Positions 53,069-63,972 of a stretch of DNA of 64,000 bases are shown here, piece after piece (position 1 is the first letter of the stretch; every line of letters begins with the position of its first letter). The position numbers and the translations under genes were made by a program. The notes under the pieces were generated by a model that had not been told where the DNA came from, searched no databases, and worked only from the letters and a program-made list of their open reading frames with translations. The DNA is from Bacteroidetes bacterium OLB10 (lineage in GTDB: Bacteria; Bacteroidota; Bacteroidia; AKYH767-A; OLB10): positions 64,056-128,055 of the forward strand of contig LNBX01000026.1 in NCBI GenBank assembly GCA_001567275.1. Reading direction: 5' to 3'.

Positions 53069-53833
53069 TTATCTTTTCAGGTAAAGGTCTATTGCTTCAC
53101 CCTGATTGATGGTGGCTTCTTCGTCAGCCTCCGGTCTTTGGTCATAAATAACTGCATTCAGTGTGTCGCGCGAAACACCATCGAAAAAAACAGAGCCCAC
53201 ATTGAGTGATGATCCTTTAAGGACAAAAAGTGCTTCATCATAAGTAAGGCCGATGAGATTAGGCACAGTGACAAGGGTATTGCCCAGTCCGTCACCTACA
53301 ATCAAATCAATGGCTGAGCCTTTGGGCACTTCGTTACCGGCTTTCAGCTCTTTGCCATTCATCATCATGGAAAGCACTGCATTTTTTGCAAGGTCAGGTT
53401 TGAAAATCTGCTCACCCATGCGCAAGCCTGATGCATTAAGTATTGCTTCAGCTTGTCGCAGTGAAACATCTTTGAGCGCAGGAACTTTTACCATAGGTGC
53501 TTCGCTGCGTGTGATGGTGAGATAAATAGTACGTCCTTCTTTTACTTTCTCATCAGGTGCAGGGTCCTGCTCTACAACCGTTCCGGGTTTCATATCGAGG
53601 TTGTAGGCAGATGAATCAGCAATTTTGAAAGTAAGATTTTTAGCACGTAGAAACTGTTCTATTTTTTTGATGTTCATCCCATGCAGGTCGGGTACAGAAA
53701 CTGAGTTGCCATGATCGGTGTAACTGTCGAGCCATTTATACACCAAACCGACCGATGAAATTATCAGGGTGAAAATGATTAACAAATTGATCCAGAAAAA
53801 TCTGGATTTAAGAAAACGAATCAGGTTCTTCAT
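53069..53833 (-). CDS. PASTA domain-containing membrane protein (no kinase or PBP domain)
   Basis: N-terminal TM, then three PASTA-like repeats (VPDLHGMNIKK…, VPALKDVSLRQ…, VPNLIGLTYDEA…); 254 aa. Confidence 0.7.
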   Translation of the reverse strand: MKNLIRFLKSRFFWINLLIIFTLIISSVGLVYKWLDSYTDHGNSVSVPDLHGMNIKKIEQFLRAKNLTFKIADSSAYNLDMKPGTVVEQDPAPDEKVKEGRTIYLTITRSEAPMVKVPALKDVSLRQAEAILNASGLRMGEQIFKPDLAKNAVLSMMMNGKELKAGNEVPKGSAIDLIVGDGLGNTLVTVPNLIGLTYDEALFVLKGSSLNVGSVFFDGVSRDTLNAVIYDQRPEADEEATINQGEAIDLYLKR

Positions 53834-53836
53834 ACA

Positions 53837-56530
53837 TCAATTACTCATCATAAAATTATTTCGTGCAACACCAAATTCGAGAATTTTCTCAATAAACTCA
53901 TAAGGTTTGTAATGATTGAGTGCAGCCTGATGGAATATGCATGTTGCAGGAGTCATTCCCGGAAGTGAGTTGACTTCAATAAAAATTACTTCCACTTTGT
54001 TGTCAGCCTTCACACGCACAAATGCATCAATACGTGCATATCCTTCTATGTGAAGCAGACGTGCAGCACGCTGCAATTCTTTTTTTACAATATCAGAAAG
54101 AAGTCTGTTCTCCATAGTGTTTTTGCTGTAACGTGCAGGAGTGATGTTCTGCCCTTCACCGGCAAGAAATTTTTCTTCGAGTGACAACACATCACCTTCG
54201 TGAAGTGTTTCGCTGGGTTCAAACATTTCATACTGCACATTTCCTGCTTCGTCATAATGGGTGAGCATCCCTCCTGTTATTTCCAGAAAATGTTTGCATC
54301 CTTCACCGGTAATCAATGACTCTATCAGGAAATATTTCTTTCTCGGAAATTCTTCTTTGTGTTTTATCTTCAACTGTCCTGCTGCCTGACTGTTCAGCTC
54401 ATCGCTGCTGCGAAACATCAGTTCTGCAAATGCATGCAACTGATTTTCGTTACGGATTATTTTTACTGCGCTGCTGCATCCATCGTCCACAGGTTTGGCA
54501 ACAACAGGAAAACCGAATTCACTCTGAATTTTTTCTTCCAGTGCAGCCGGGTTACTTCTCCATTCTTCATCACTCACTTTGTAGTGCTTGGCAGTTTTGA
54601 AACCATTCTGCGAAAGAATTTCGTTGGTGTGATATTTGTCAATGGTAATTTGTGATGACTCTACTCTGGAACCGTTGAAAGGCAAACCTTCCTTGATAAG
54701 CTGTTTCTGTAATTCGCCATCTTCACCGGGGCGACCATGCAGCGCAATAAACACTATCTGCACCTGCGAAGCCAACTGACTGAAAGAAATTTTTTCAGGT
54801 GGATTGAGATTATCTGAGCTGGCAAATTTTTCAATAATATCCCTGCACTGAGCAATAATTTTCTGAGTGATGGAATGTTGATTGAAGTTCAATATTTTTT
54901 CGCGAATATCGTCTGCATTGTCTTTCAGCATCAGGTTGATTGGAATACGATAAAGAGAATAAGACTGCTCGTTGCCTGCAAGAAAATAAGGTACAGGTTC
55001 ATACTTCTCACTCGAAGAAAGTTTTTCATAAACATTTCGTCCGCTCTCTACGCTGATATGTCTTTCGCTGGAATAACCGCCCATGATGACACCAACACGC
55101 GTACGCTGTGCTGATGATTTGTTTTTTTCTTTAAGCAGAGTTTCCATTCTGCGCTTCAGTTCAGGAACTGACTTAAACGATTTCATATCATTCGCTCTGG
55201 CAGTAATGGAAGTGTGAATGATGTAAGAAATAAACTGAGACGGATTCATCCCTATTTCAGCAGCCTGATGAAAGAAGAAACTGCTTGGCATCATCCCTGA
55301 AGTGGTGTTCGGATCATTCAGAAAAATAGTTCCGTTTTCAGTAATGAAACCATCAATGCGGGCATACACGTTGAAGTGCAGCGACTGATACAAGCGCTCA
55401 CATTCACGTCTGATGGTTTCTATCTGCACTTCAGGCAGATGAATAGGCGTTACCTTACGCGACAATCCCGGAAGATATTTGGAACGGTAATCGAACACTT
55501 CTTTGCCTTTGCGTATTTCTGTAGGAGGCAATGCTACCGGTTTTCCCTCTGCATCTTCTATAACAATACATGAAAATTCTTTTCCTTCAATAAAAGATTC
55601 TATCAGCACTTCGGTTTCGCCTTCAATAGCAGTGATGGTTACCACTTCTTCCATTTCGCCAAAAAGTTGCATCAATACTCCAAGCAATTCTTCGGGATGA
55701 TAAATGATGCGTTCGCCAATACGTGCAGGCAATCCTATTCCCTCTCGTATATCAGCAGTGGTCTTCACCCATTCCACCTTGCCATCAAAAGTGAGCGCAT
55801 TCCATTCGGCACGACTTATTTCAGCAATAAACAATGAGCGGTTCACTGCCCTGGTGAAGGTATTCAAATCAGCTGACTGCAATACGCTGATACCAATACT
55901 TGAACCCTGATTTGCAGCTTTCACCACACAGGGGAATCCTGTTTCGCTCAGTCTTTTCAGGAAAATATTTTTATCGTCAGTGTTCAGCCATTCATCTCTT
56001 TGCAGAGTGAGATATGCAGGCGTGTTGAATCCTGCCTTGCGCATAAACTCTTTCTGTACTGCTTTATTCATTCCTATTGCTGACGAAATAATTCCCGATC
56101 CTGAATAAGGAATACGGTAATATTCCAGCATTCCCTGTATGCGTCCATCTTCGCCATCGGCACCATGCAGACATAAAAATGCAAAGTCAATAAGGTCGTT
56201 CAACTGCGAAAATTCAATGCGCGTTCCGAGTTTTATGGTCAGTCGAATTTGCTCCTGCATTGTAAGGCTGCCCAAATTCTCAGCATAAATCTGAAAACCG
56301 CGGGGCGACTCCGGCAAAAATTCGGAGGCAGGATAAAAATCGCGGATGCTGCCTTTGTAGATGTATTGCCAGTCGAGGATAATGAGATTCCCGAAGCTGT
56401 CCACAAAAAGTGGTACCGGTTCAAAAAGTGATTTGTCGAGATTATCATAAACAGTGCGTCCTCCTGCAAACGATACTTCACGTTCGCGCGAAGCGCCACC
56501 AAACACAATTCCTATCTTAATCTTATTCAT
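53837..56530 (-). CDS. ddl: tandem D-alanine--D-alanine ligase-like protein (two complete Ddl-type ATP-grasp modules in one 897-aa ORF)
   Basis: Module 1 begins IKIGIVFGGASREREVS and module 2 begins RVGVIMGGYSSERHIS (Dala_Dala_lig_N-like). Each is followed by an ATP-grasp core and the C-terminal …ARIDGF… / …ARIDAF…EVNSLPGMT segments. Single uninterrupted frame. Confidence 0.7.
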   Translation of the reverse strand: MNKIKIGIVFGGASREREVSFAGGRTVYDNLDKSLFEPVPLFVDSFGNLIILDWQYIYKGSIRDFYPASEFLPESPRGFQIYAENLGSLTMQEQIRLTIKLGTRIEFSQLNDLIDFAFLCLHGADGEDGRIQGMLEYYRIPYSGSGIISSAIGMNKAVQKEFMRKAGFNTPAYLTLQRDEWLNTDDKNIFLKRLSETGFPCVVKAANQGSSIGISVLQSADLNTFTRAVNRSLFIAEISRAEWNALTFDGKVEWVKTTADIREGIGLPARIGERIIYHPEELLGVLMQLFGEMEEVVTITAIEGETEVLIESFIEGKEFSCIVIEDAEGKPVALPPTEIRKGKEVFDYRSKYLPGLSRKVTPIHLPEVQIETIRRECERLYQSLHFNVYARIDGFITENGTIFLNDPNTTSGMMPSSFFFHQAAEIGMNPSQFISYIIHTSITARANDMKSFKSVPELKRRMETLLKEKNKSSAQRTRVGVIMGGYSSERHISVESGRNVYEKLSSSEKYEPVPYFLAGNEQSYSLYRIPINLMLKDNADDIREKILNFNQHSITQKIIAQCRDIIEKFASSDNLNPPEKISFSQLASQVQIVFIALHGRPGEDGELQKQLIKEGLPFNGSRVESSQITIDKYHTNEILSQNGFKTAKHYKVSDEEWRSNPAALEEKIQSEFGFPVVAKPVDDGCSSAVKIIRNENQLHAFAELMFRSSDELNSQAAGQLKIKHKEEFPRKKYFLIESLITGEGCKHFLEITGGMLTHYDEAGNVQYEMFEPSETLHEGDVLSLEEKFLAGEGQNITPARYSKNTMENRLLSDIVKKELQRAARLLHIEGYARIDAFVRVKADNKVEVIFIEVNSLPGMTPATCIFHQAALNHYKPYEFIEKILEFGVARNNFMMSN

Positions 56531-56631
56531 GAAAACAGTTGTTGGTTTATTTTTAACAAAAGTAATTTAAATAACAGGCCTGAGGGCTGCACCTTGCAGA
56601 AGTATTAACGGCTTTTTTAACAAAAATGATA

Positions 56632-57396
56632 TTACTCCCAACCACTCACGCCAAGTCCAAACAGCGCAAAATCATACTTTACAGGGTCGCCAGCATCGAG
56701 CAATCTCAGGTTTGAAGTCAGCTCTTCAACCGCTTTCCAGTCGTCCTGCCTGCGATGCAGCAATCCAAGTTGCCGGGCCACCCTTCCTGAATGTACATCG
56801 AGCGGGCAATAAAGCAGCGATGGAGAAATTTTCCAGATTCCGAAGTCCACACCTTGTGCATCACTTCTAATCATCCATCGCATAAACATCATCAGTCGCT
56901 TGCATGCCGAATTTTTCAGCGGGTCGCCTATGTGTTTCATGATGCGCGGTTCTGTTTTCTGCTTAAACACTTCCTTGCGGAAATGATGAATGGCTTCGGG
57001 AAAAGATTTTTTTTGTGAAAGTTCTTTCATCAGTTCGCCCATGGAACCATGTTGTCTGTAAATATTTTGAAGCGATTTTAAGAAATATACTGCATCATCT
57101 CCATTAAAAGTGCGATGTACAAATGATCTGAAAATTTTCATATCGGTTGGCTTCGCATGCAAAATGAATTCATGCGGTGCATATTCCATTGCATTCATAA
57201 GCTTTGCTGCATTCTTCAAAATAACGGGTCGCTGCCCCCATGAAATCATTGCAGTAAGAAAACCGCTTATTTCAATATCTTCGGGCTTACTGAATAAATG
57301 CGGAATGGATATGGGATCGTTTTCAATGAAATCAATGGCGTTAAACTCTTTGACCTTTTGGTCGAGAAAAGGTTTGAGCTCATACAGTGTTTTCAT
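56632..57396 (-). CDS. TIGR02757 (DUF2400) family protein
   Basis: …FIENDPISIPHLFSKPEDIEISGF…ISWGQR… resembles the TIGR02757 N-terminal signature as I recall it; 254 aa. Confidence 0.5.
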   Translation of the reverse strand: MKTLYELKPFLDQKVKEFNAIDFIENDPISIPHLFSKPEDIEISGFLTAMISWGQRPVILKNAAKLMNAMEYAPHEFILHAKPTDMKIFRSFVHRTFNGDDAVYFLKSLQNIYRQHGSMGELMKELSQKKSFPEAIHHFRKEVFKQKTEPRIMKHIGDPLKNSACKRLMMFMRWMIRSDAQGVDFGIWKISPSLLYCPLDVHSGRVARQLGLLHRRQDDWKAVEELTSNLRLLDAGDPVKYDFALFGLGVSGWE

Positions 57397-57399
57397 GTA

Positions 57400-58719
57400 T
57401 TATACTTCCTTTCCACTGTCTTTGCTACGGAAAGAAATAGCAATGGGCACTCCTGAAAAATTAAAATGCTCACGCAATTTATTCTCAAGAAAACGTCTGT
57501 AAGCCGTTTGAATATACTGAGGATTGCTGCTGAAAAAAACAAATCTTGGGTATGGCCCGGGTACCTGCGTAATGTATTTGATGTTGATAAACTTCCCTTT
57601 CACCGAAGGCGGAGGATAGTTTTCGATATAAGGAAGTATCATTTTATTGAGCTGCGAAGTTGGTATATGCTGAATTCTGTTTTTATACACTTCGATGGCT
57701 GTTTCAAGAGATTTAAAAATACGTTGCTTATTCAGCACAGAAGTAAAAATGATGGGCACATCCGTAAACGGAGCTATAGAAGCCTTAATTTCTTCTGTAA
57801 ATTGTTTGGTAGAATTTTTTTCTTTGTCAATGAGGTCCCACTTATTTACAACAATAACAACGCCTTTGTGATTGGTTTGTGTGAGATGAAAAATATTGGC
57901 GTCCTGAGCGGTAAAACCCTTCTCGGCATCAATCATCATAATACATACATCACTTTTTTCTATTGCACGGATACTGCGCATCACCGAATAAAATTCCAGA
58001 TCTTCCCTCACCTTTGCCTTCTTGCGAAGCCCTGCTGTGTCCACCAGAATAAAATCAAAACCAAAGTTTGAATAGCGGATGTTGATGCTGTCGCGGGTGG
58101 TTCCGGCAACAGGAGTAACAATACTTCTGTCGGTGCCGGTAAGCATATTTATCAGAGATGATTTGCCTACATTCGGTTGTCCGATAATGGTAATATGAGG
58201 TAACACTTCCTCGTCTTCCTTTTCAGGTTTAAACTCTTTGACAATGGCATCCAGAAGTTCGCCAGTGCCACTACCGTTGGCAGCGGAAATACAGTGAAAC
58301 TCACCCAGACCCAGTGAATAGAATTCCACCGAGTCGTCAATTTGTTTGGGCGTATCTACTTTGTTCACCACCAGAAAAACTTTCTTTCTTGAATTTCGCA
58401 GCAACGAGGCAATATCTTTATCATAATCGCTCACTCCTTCTCTGCCATCTGTAAGGAAGATGATAAAATCAGCTTCTTCAACAGCAAGTTCTACCTGTTT
58501 ACGGATTTCCTTTTCAAAAACATCATCTGAGCCATACACGTAACCACCGGTGTCAATGACAGAAAAATTTTTACCTGTCCACTCTCCAGTTCCATAATGA
58601 CGGTCGCGGGTAACTCCTGCTTCATCATGCACAATGGCATCCATACTTTCCGTCAGCCGGTTGAAGAGTGTTGATTTTCCCACATTGGGTCTTCCTACTA
58701 TAGCGATAATATTACTCAT
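57400..58719 (-). CDS. der: ribosome biogenesis GTPase Der (EngA), two GTPase domains plus KH
   Basis: [14 protein letters not shown] and [13 protein letters not shown]-loops; 439 aa. Confidence 0.9.
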   Translation of the reverse strand: MSNIIAIVGRPNVGKSTLFNRLTESMDAIVHDEAGVTRDRHYGTGEWTGKNFSVIDTGGYVYGSDDVFEKEIRKQVELAVEEADFIIFLTDGREGVSDYDKDIASLLRNSRKKVFLVVNKVDTPKQIDDSVEFYSLGLGEFHCISAANGSGTGELLDAIVKEFKPEKEDEEVLPHITIIGQPNVGKSSLINMLTGTDRSIVTPVAGTTRDSINIRYSNFGFDFILVDTAGLRKKAKVREDLEFYSVMRSIRAIEKSDVCIMMIDAEKGFTAQDANIFHLTQTNHKGVVIVVNKWDLIDKEKNSTKQFTEEIKASIAPFTDVPIIFTSVLNKQRIFKSLETAIEVYKNRIQHIPTSQLNKMILPYIENYPPPSVKGKFINIKYITQVPGPYPRFVFFSSNPQYIQTAYRRFLENKLREHFNFSGVPIAISFRSKDSGKEV

Positions 58720-58731
58720 TCAGGTTTTATG

Positions 58732-59606
58732 TTATTCGGTATATCCAAAATTTGTCAGTTGCTGTTCGTTGTTGCGCCAGTCGTCACGAATCTTAACGGT
58801 AAGCTCCAGAAAAACTTTTTTACCAACCATCGTTTCAATTTTTTTTCTTGCTGCCATGCCTAGTTTTTTTATTGCAGCACCGTTTTTCCCAAGCAGAATT
58901 GCTTTTTGCGATTCACGTTCAACAAAAATATAACTGCGTATGCGCACAATGTTGGGAAGGTCTTTAAACTCTTCAATAGCAACTTCAATGCTGTAAGGAA
59001 TTTCTTTGTCGTATTGCAGAAATATTTTTTCGCGGATAATCTCAGAAGCGAAGAACCTTTCGTTGCGATCGGTAAGCATGTCTTTGTCGAAGTAAGGTGG
59101 TGCTTCGGGAATAAACTTCAGCAGTGCGTTGACGAGCATTTCTCCTCCAAATTTTTCTTTTGCCGATATGGGCACAATGGCATCAGGGTGTAATGTGTTG
59201 TTGAGATTCTCAATAATTCTTTCCACTTCTTCCTGCGAGCTCAAATCAATTTTGTTGAGTGCTACCACCAGTTTTCTGTTGGTGGTATTGAGTTTAAGAA
59301 ACCGTTCAGCATCAAAATGATTATCGGCAGCATCAAGCACAAGCAATATCACATCAGCATCAGCAAATGCACTCTGCACAAACGACATCATTCTTTCATG
59401 GAGTTTATACCCCGGTGTGATGATGCCCGGTGTATCTGAAAAATCAACTGATAATTTTCAGTTGTAAGCACTCCGCGGATACGATGGCGCGTGGTCTGTG
59501 CTTTGGGTGTAACAATGCTCAGGTCCTGGCCCAAAAGTGTATTGAGCAGTGTGGATTTACCCGCATTGGGTTTCCCTACAATAGCAACGAATCCTGATTG
59601 ATGCAC
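58732..59606 (-). CDS. era: GTPase Era, split by a 1-nt frameshift in a T5/A5 run at 59439-59443
   Basis: ORF 59388-59606 carries G1 ([12 protein letters not shown]) and ends in nonsense after …YQLIF. The alternate frame reads [22 protein letters not shown]…, continuing into ORF 58732-59391, which holds G3-G5 and the KH domain. Confidence 0.85.
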
Positions 59607-59680
59607 AGTTGTTTAATTTGGCGCGAAGTTAGTCAAACCGAACCATTTTACAGAGTAAAAATAAAGCCAAACAGGAAGTT

Positions 59681-60307
59681 TTAATTTTCATTGTCGTTTC
59701 TGCGCTTTTGCATTTCTGCAGCAATCTGTTGCGCATTTTTATCTTCGCTCAGGCTCAGCTGTTTTACTATTTCAAAATAATCTTTGTTATTTCTGTTCTG
59801 CGATAATTTATCAATGGCATCTATCCTGCTCACTTCAATTTCAAAACCTACAATTCCTCCGAAATTCTCACGGATAACCTGTGCAGGTATTTTGTCAAAT
59901 GTTTTCGGATGTTGAACTTTTGCTTCGTAAAAATCTGTCATCAACTGCAGACATTCCATCAGTTCGAGCTCTGTCTGCACCTTGATTTTACCATAACAAT
60001 GTACTGCCTGATAATTCCATGTAGATACATTCTCATGGCTGTACCAGCTTGAAGAAACATAGGCATTGCTTCCCTGAAAAATCACAAGAGCATCGGCATC
60101 GTTATAAAATGTTTCGGCCTGGGGATTCGGCTTGGCAATGTGTCCGTACAAAATGAGTTTGTTGTTTTTTACATGACTTAAAACAGGGATGTGTGTTGCA
60201 ATGGGACTTTGCTTTCCTGTTGTCACCAATACAGCAAAAGTGTGTTGCCTGACAAACTCCACTTGTTTCTCAAAATCGGTATTCTTAAATTCATCAGGTA
60301 TGTACAT
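59681..60307 (-). CDS. PaiB-like FMN-binding negative transcriptional regulator family protein
   Basis: MYIPDEFKNTDFEKQVEFVRQHTFAVLVT… matches the PaiB family N-terminus; 208 aa. Confidence 0.65.
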   Translation of the reverse strand: MYIPDEFKNTDFEKQVEFVRQHTFAVLVTTGKQSPIATHIPVLSHVKNNKLILYGHIAKPNPQAETFYNDADALVIFQGSNAYVSSSWYSHENVSTWNYQAVHCYGKIKVQTELELMECLQLMTDFYEAKVQHPKTFDKIPAQVIRENFGGIVGFEIEVSRIDAIDKLSQNRNNKDYFEIVKQLSLSEDKNAQQIAAEMQKRRNDNEN

Positions 60308-60318
60308 AATCTGTTATT

Positions 60319-62553
60319 TTATGAATGTGCCAACTCATTTTCAATCGAAGTATTGTATAATGTTTTATAATCTGAAACCACACCGAAAGATTCCTGATCA
60401 ATGAGAATAGCTCCTGAAGTTACCTGACCGATATTGGTAAATTCAACATCCATTGCAGTAACTGCATTCAGAAAATCGTCCAGCTGCTCTTCATTCACCG
60501 TTACCACAATTCTGCTTTGCGACTCACCAAAAAGAAATGCATCTTTACGTATTTCTTCGTCAGTCATAATATCGAAACCTAAATTGCGGTGCATTGCTGA
60601 TTCAATCAGTGAAATAAAAAGTCCACCGTCAGAAACATCATGTACAGACTGCACCAACTGTTGTGCAATAATATCTTTCACCACCTGCTGAACATTATAC
60701 TCTTCTTCCAAATCAAACTGTGGCGCAGGGCTGTTGGCAACACCATGCACATGCACAAGATACTGAGATGATGCAATGTCGTTTGCTGAGGCTCCAATCA
60801 GAAAAATATGATCACCTACATTCTTAAAATCAAGGGTTGCAATTTTATTTTTATTCTCCACCAAACCTATCATTCCAATGGTTGGTGTTGGATATACAGG
60901 CACTTCCTCATTTCCTGATTTGGATTGATTGTAGAAACTCACATTACCACCTGTTACGGGAGTTTGAAATTTCTCACAAGCTTTTCCCATTCCTTTAATG
61001 CTGTGCACAAACTGCCAATATACTTCAGGATTGTAGGGATTGCCGAAGTTAAGACAATTGGTTACTGCCGAAGGAACACCTCCTGAGCAAACAATATTTC
61101 TGGCTGCTTCCGCAACAGCAATAGAACAGCCGGTTTCAGGGTCGGCATATACATATCTTGCATTACAGTCAACAGTTACTGCAATCGCTTTCTTCGAGTT
61201 TCTGACATTAACAATAGCTGCATCAGAAGGGCGGTTGGTACTCATATTCACCGTGCCCACCATGCTGTCGTACTGCGTGTACACCCAGCGTCTGCTGCAA
61301 ATATTCGGGTGACCTGCCAGTTGCATTGCTACTTCTTTCAAATCCTTTGGAACTGCAATTTTATTGATATCGAAAGATTTGTTTGCTTTAATATATGCAG
61401 GCTCTTTGTAATCTCTTTTATACACAGGTGCTCCACCTCCCAATACAAGCGAATCGGCATTGACATCTGCTACCAGCGTTCCGTTCATATAAAATTTCAA
61501 CTGACCACCGGTGGTTACTTCGCCAATGCGTGTACAGTTAAGATCCCATTTTTCGAAAACTTTATAAATTTCGTCTTCGCGTCCTTTAATTCCTACAATG
61601 AGCATGCGCTCCTGCGACTCCGACAAAAGAATTTCCCACGGCTCCATGTTGGCCTGGCGGGTAGGCACTTTGTCGAGATGAATAACCATACCATGTTCGC
61701 CTTTTGCCGACATTTCGGAAGTGGAACAGATGATACCTGCTGCTCCCATGTCCTGCATTCCAACAACTGCACCGGTTTCAATCACTTCAAGTGTTGCTTC
61801 CAACAACAGTTTCTCCTGAAAAGGATCGCCCACCTGCACCGATGGCAAATCCTCATGTGATGATTCATGCAAATCGCCCGAAGCAAACGTTGCACCATGA
61901 ATTCCATCCTTGCCGGTTGCTGAACCCACAATAAAAACAGGATTACCTTCGCCATAGGAAATTGCTTTAACAGTTTTTCCATGAGCAACCACGCCCACAC
62001 TCATGGCATTTACCAGAATGTTGGTATTATAACAATCTTCAAAATAAACTTCACCACCCACCGTAGGAACGCCAAAGGCATTGCCGTAGTCGCCAATTCC
62101 TTTCACCACACCTTTCATCAGCATTTTGGTACGCTCATTTTTAATATTTCCAAAACGCAATGAGTTGAGTTGGGCAATCGGTCTTGCGCCCATGGTAAAA
62201 ATATCCCTGTTGATACCGCCAACTCCCGTAGCTGCTCCCTGATATGGCTCTATAGCCGAAGGGTGATTGTGTGATTCGATTTTAAATGCACATGCCAGTT
62301 TATCGCCAATGTCAACAAGCCCTGCATTCTCTTCGCCTGCCTTAGCCATCATGTGAGGTCCTTCGCGTGGAAGTGTTTTAAGCCAGGTGATTGAATTTTT
62401 GTAGGAGCAATGTTCACTCCACATCACGGAATAAATGCTTATTTCATTGAAATTAGGTTTTCTGCCAAGGAGATTTTTTATTTTTTCATACTCTTCAGGA
62501 AGCAAACCCAGTTTTTCTGCAGTGTCAACATTAGTTTCTTTCAGACTATCCAT
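60319..62553 (-). CDS. purL: phosphoribosylformylglycinamidine synthase subunit PurL (FGAM synthase II)
   Basis: 744 aa; AIR-synthase-related domains; …[19 protein letters not shown]… motif. Confidence 0.9.
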   Translation of the reverse strand: MDSLKETNVDTAEKLGLLPEEYEKIKNLLGRKPNFNEISIYSVMWSEHCSYKNSITWLKTLPREGPHMMAKAGEENAGLVDIGDKLACAFKIESHNHPSAIEPYQGAATGVGGINRDIFTMGARPIAQLNSLRFGNIKNERTKMLMKGVVKGIGDYGNAFGVPTVGGEVYFEDCYNTNILVNAMSVGVVAHGKTVKAISYGEGNPVFIVGSATGKDGIHGATFASGDLHESSHEDLPSVQVGDPFQEKLLLEATLEVIETGAVVGMQDMGAAGIICSTSEMSAKGEHGMVIHLDKVPTRQANMEPWEILLSESQERMLIVGIKGREDEIYKVFEKWDLNCTRIGEVTTGGQLKFYMNGTLVADVNADSLVLGGGAPVYKRDYKEPAYIKANKSFDINKIAVPKDLKEVAMQLAGHPNICSRRWVYTQYDSMVGTVNMSTNRPSDAAIVNVRNSKKAIAVTVDCNARYVYADPETGCSIAVAEAARNIVCSGGVPSAVTNCLNFGNPYNPEVYWQFVHSIKGMGKACEKFQTPVTGGNVSFYNQSKSGNEEVPVYPTPTIGMIGLVENKNKIATLDFKNVGDHIFLIGASANDIASSQYLVHVHGVANSPAPQFDLEEEYNVQQVVKDIIAQQLVQSVHDVSDGGLFISLIESAMHRNLGFDIMTDEEIRKDAFLFGESQSRIVVTVNEEQLDDFLNAVTAMDVEFTNIGQVTSGAILIDQESFGVVSDYKTLYNTSIENELAHS

Positions 62554-62673
62554 TTTTTAAATATTTCTGTCAATAAAAATTTGATTGAAGCGGTTTTTTG
62601 TTTCTTTGTGCAAAGGTAACTCTTTGCCGGCAAATGCCGGTGTTAACCTGTAAATATTATACCAATTCACAGA

Positions 62674-63972
62674 GTGGAACTGATACTTAGCATAGCATAC
62701 GCATCGCTGTTTTTTTTCATCATCGGAAAAGCCTCATTTTTCCGTATTGAAGGTATCAGCCACAGAATGTTGTCGTTTGCTTTTGCGGTTAAACTGGTTT
62801 TTGCGGTTTTATTATCGCTGGTATTCACTCACTTTTATACCAACAGACTTACTGCCGACACTTTTAAGTTTTTTGACGACAGTAAAATCATGTTTTCAGT
62901 ATTGCATGAACATCCTACCTGGTTTTTAAGAATGCTCACCGGAATTGATGACAAAGCTCCCTACCTTCTGCCTTATTACGATCAAATGCATAACTGGTAT
63001 AACAAAGCCGTAATTTTTAATGATTATCGTTTTCAAATCAGACTCAATGCATTCTTAAGATTTTTTTCTTTAGGACATTATTATGTGCATGCTGTTATTT
63101 ATTGTTTTCTGTCGTTCACAGGGCTTACTGCTCTGCTGAAATTATTTATTCTTCACCTGCCACAGTTCAAACGTGCACTTTATGCAGGCACTTACTTTCT
63201 GCCATCAGTTTTATTCTGGGGTTCCGGTTTACTCAAAGATTCACTCATATTTTTTGCAACCGGTTTATCTCTCTATTGCCTTCACCGTTTCATCCACGAC
63301 AGGAAATTCCGTTCGCTGATTTGCTTCGTCATTTTTCTTTTGTTTCTGATGCTGATAAAATTCCACAATTTTATTTTGCTGGTTCCTTTGTATGCTGCTT
63401 TTGCTTTCAGTTCATTCATCAAACGGTATTATATTGCCATTTTCGGAATCATTACCATCGTTTATTATTTAGCTTTGCTGAAGATGAATGTAGTTCTTCC
63501 CGGTTATGGATTGATGGAATTGTTATCCAAAAAGCAAGCTGAATTTGTTGACCTTGCACAGGATTATCATGCACAGAGTGCAATTCCTATCAACATACTT
63601 GAAGACTCGGAATGGAGTGCTGTAAGAAATACACCTCAGGCCCTTTCACATGTATTTTTACGGCCTTATGTATGGGAAGCAAAAAATGCATTTATCCTGA
63701 TGGCAGCATTTGAAAATATTTTACTCATCATATTAACGCTGTTAAGTATTTTCAGCTTCAGCAGAAAAAATTTCACCATCACAGCGCTGATGCTTTTATC
63801 GTTCATTTATACTTTGTCGCTCTTTGAAATGATTGGCCTGGTAACCCCTGTAATGGGGGCCATTGTGCGTTATAAAATTCAGGCATTGCCATTTTTCTTC
63901 TTCTTCCTTACATGCCTTACTGATAAAAACTTGTTGCTGAAACGATTCCCATTTCTGAAAAAAATCACCTGA
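62674..63972 (+). CDS. hypothetical polytopic membrane protein
   Basis: More than 10 predicted TM helices and no recognised catalytic motif. GTG start at 62674 is uncertain. Confidence 0.45.
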   Translation: MELILSIAYASLFFFIIGKASFFRIEGISHRMLSFAFAVKLVFAVLLSLVFTHFYTNRLTADTFKFFDDSKIMFSVLHEHPTWFLRMLTGIDDKAPYLLPYYDQMHNWYNKAVIFNDYRFQIRLNAFLRFFSLGHYYVHAVIYCFLSFTGLTALLKLFILHLPQFKRALYAGTYFLPSVLFWGSGLLKDSLIFFATGLSLYCLHRFIHDRKFRSLICFVIFLLFLMLIKFHNFILLVPLYAAFAFSSFIKRYYIAIFGIITIVYYLALLKMNVVLPGYGLMELLSKKQAEFVDLAQDYHAQSAIPINILEDSEWSAVRNTPQALSHVFLRPYVWEAKNAFILMAAFENILLIILTLLSIFSFSRKNFTITALMLLSFIYTLSLFEMIGLVTPVMGAIVRYKIQALPFFFFFLTCLTDKNLLLKRFPFLKKIT

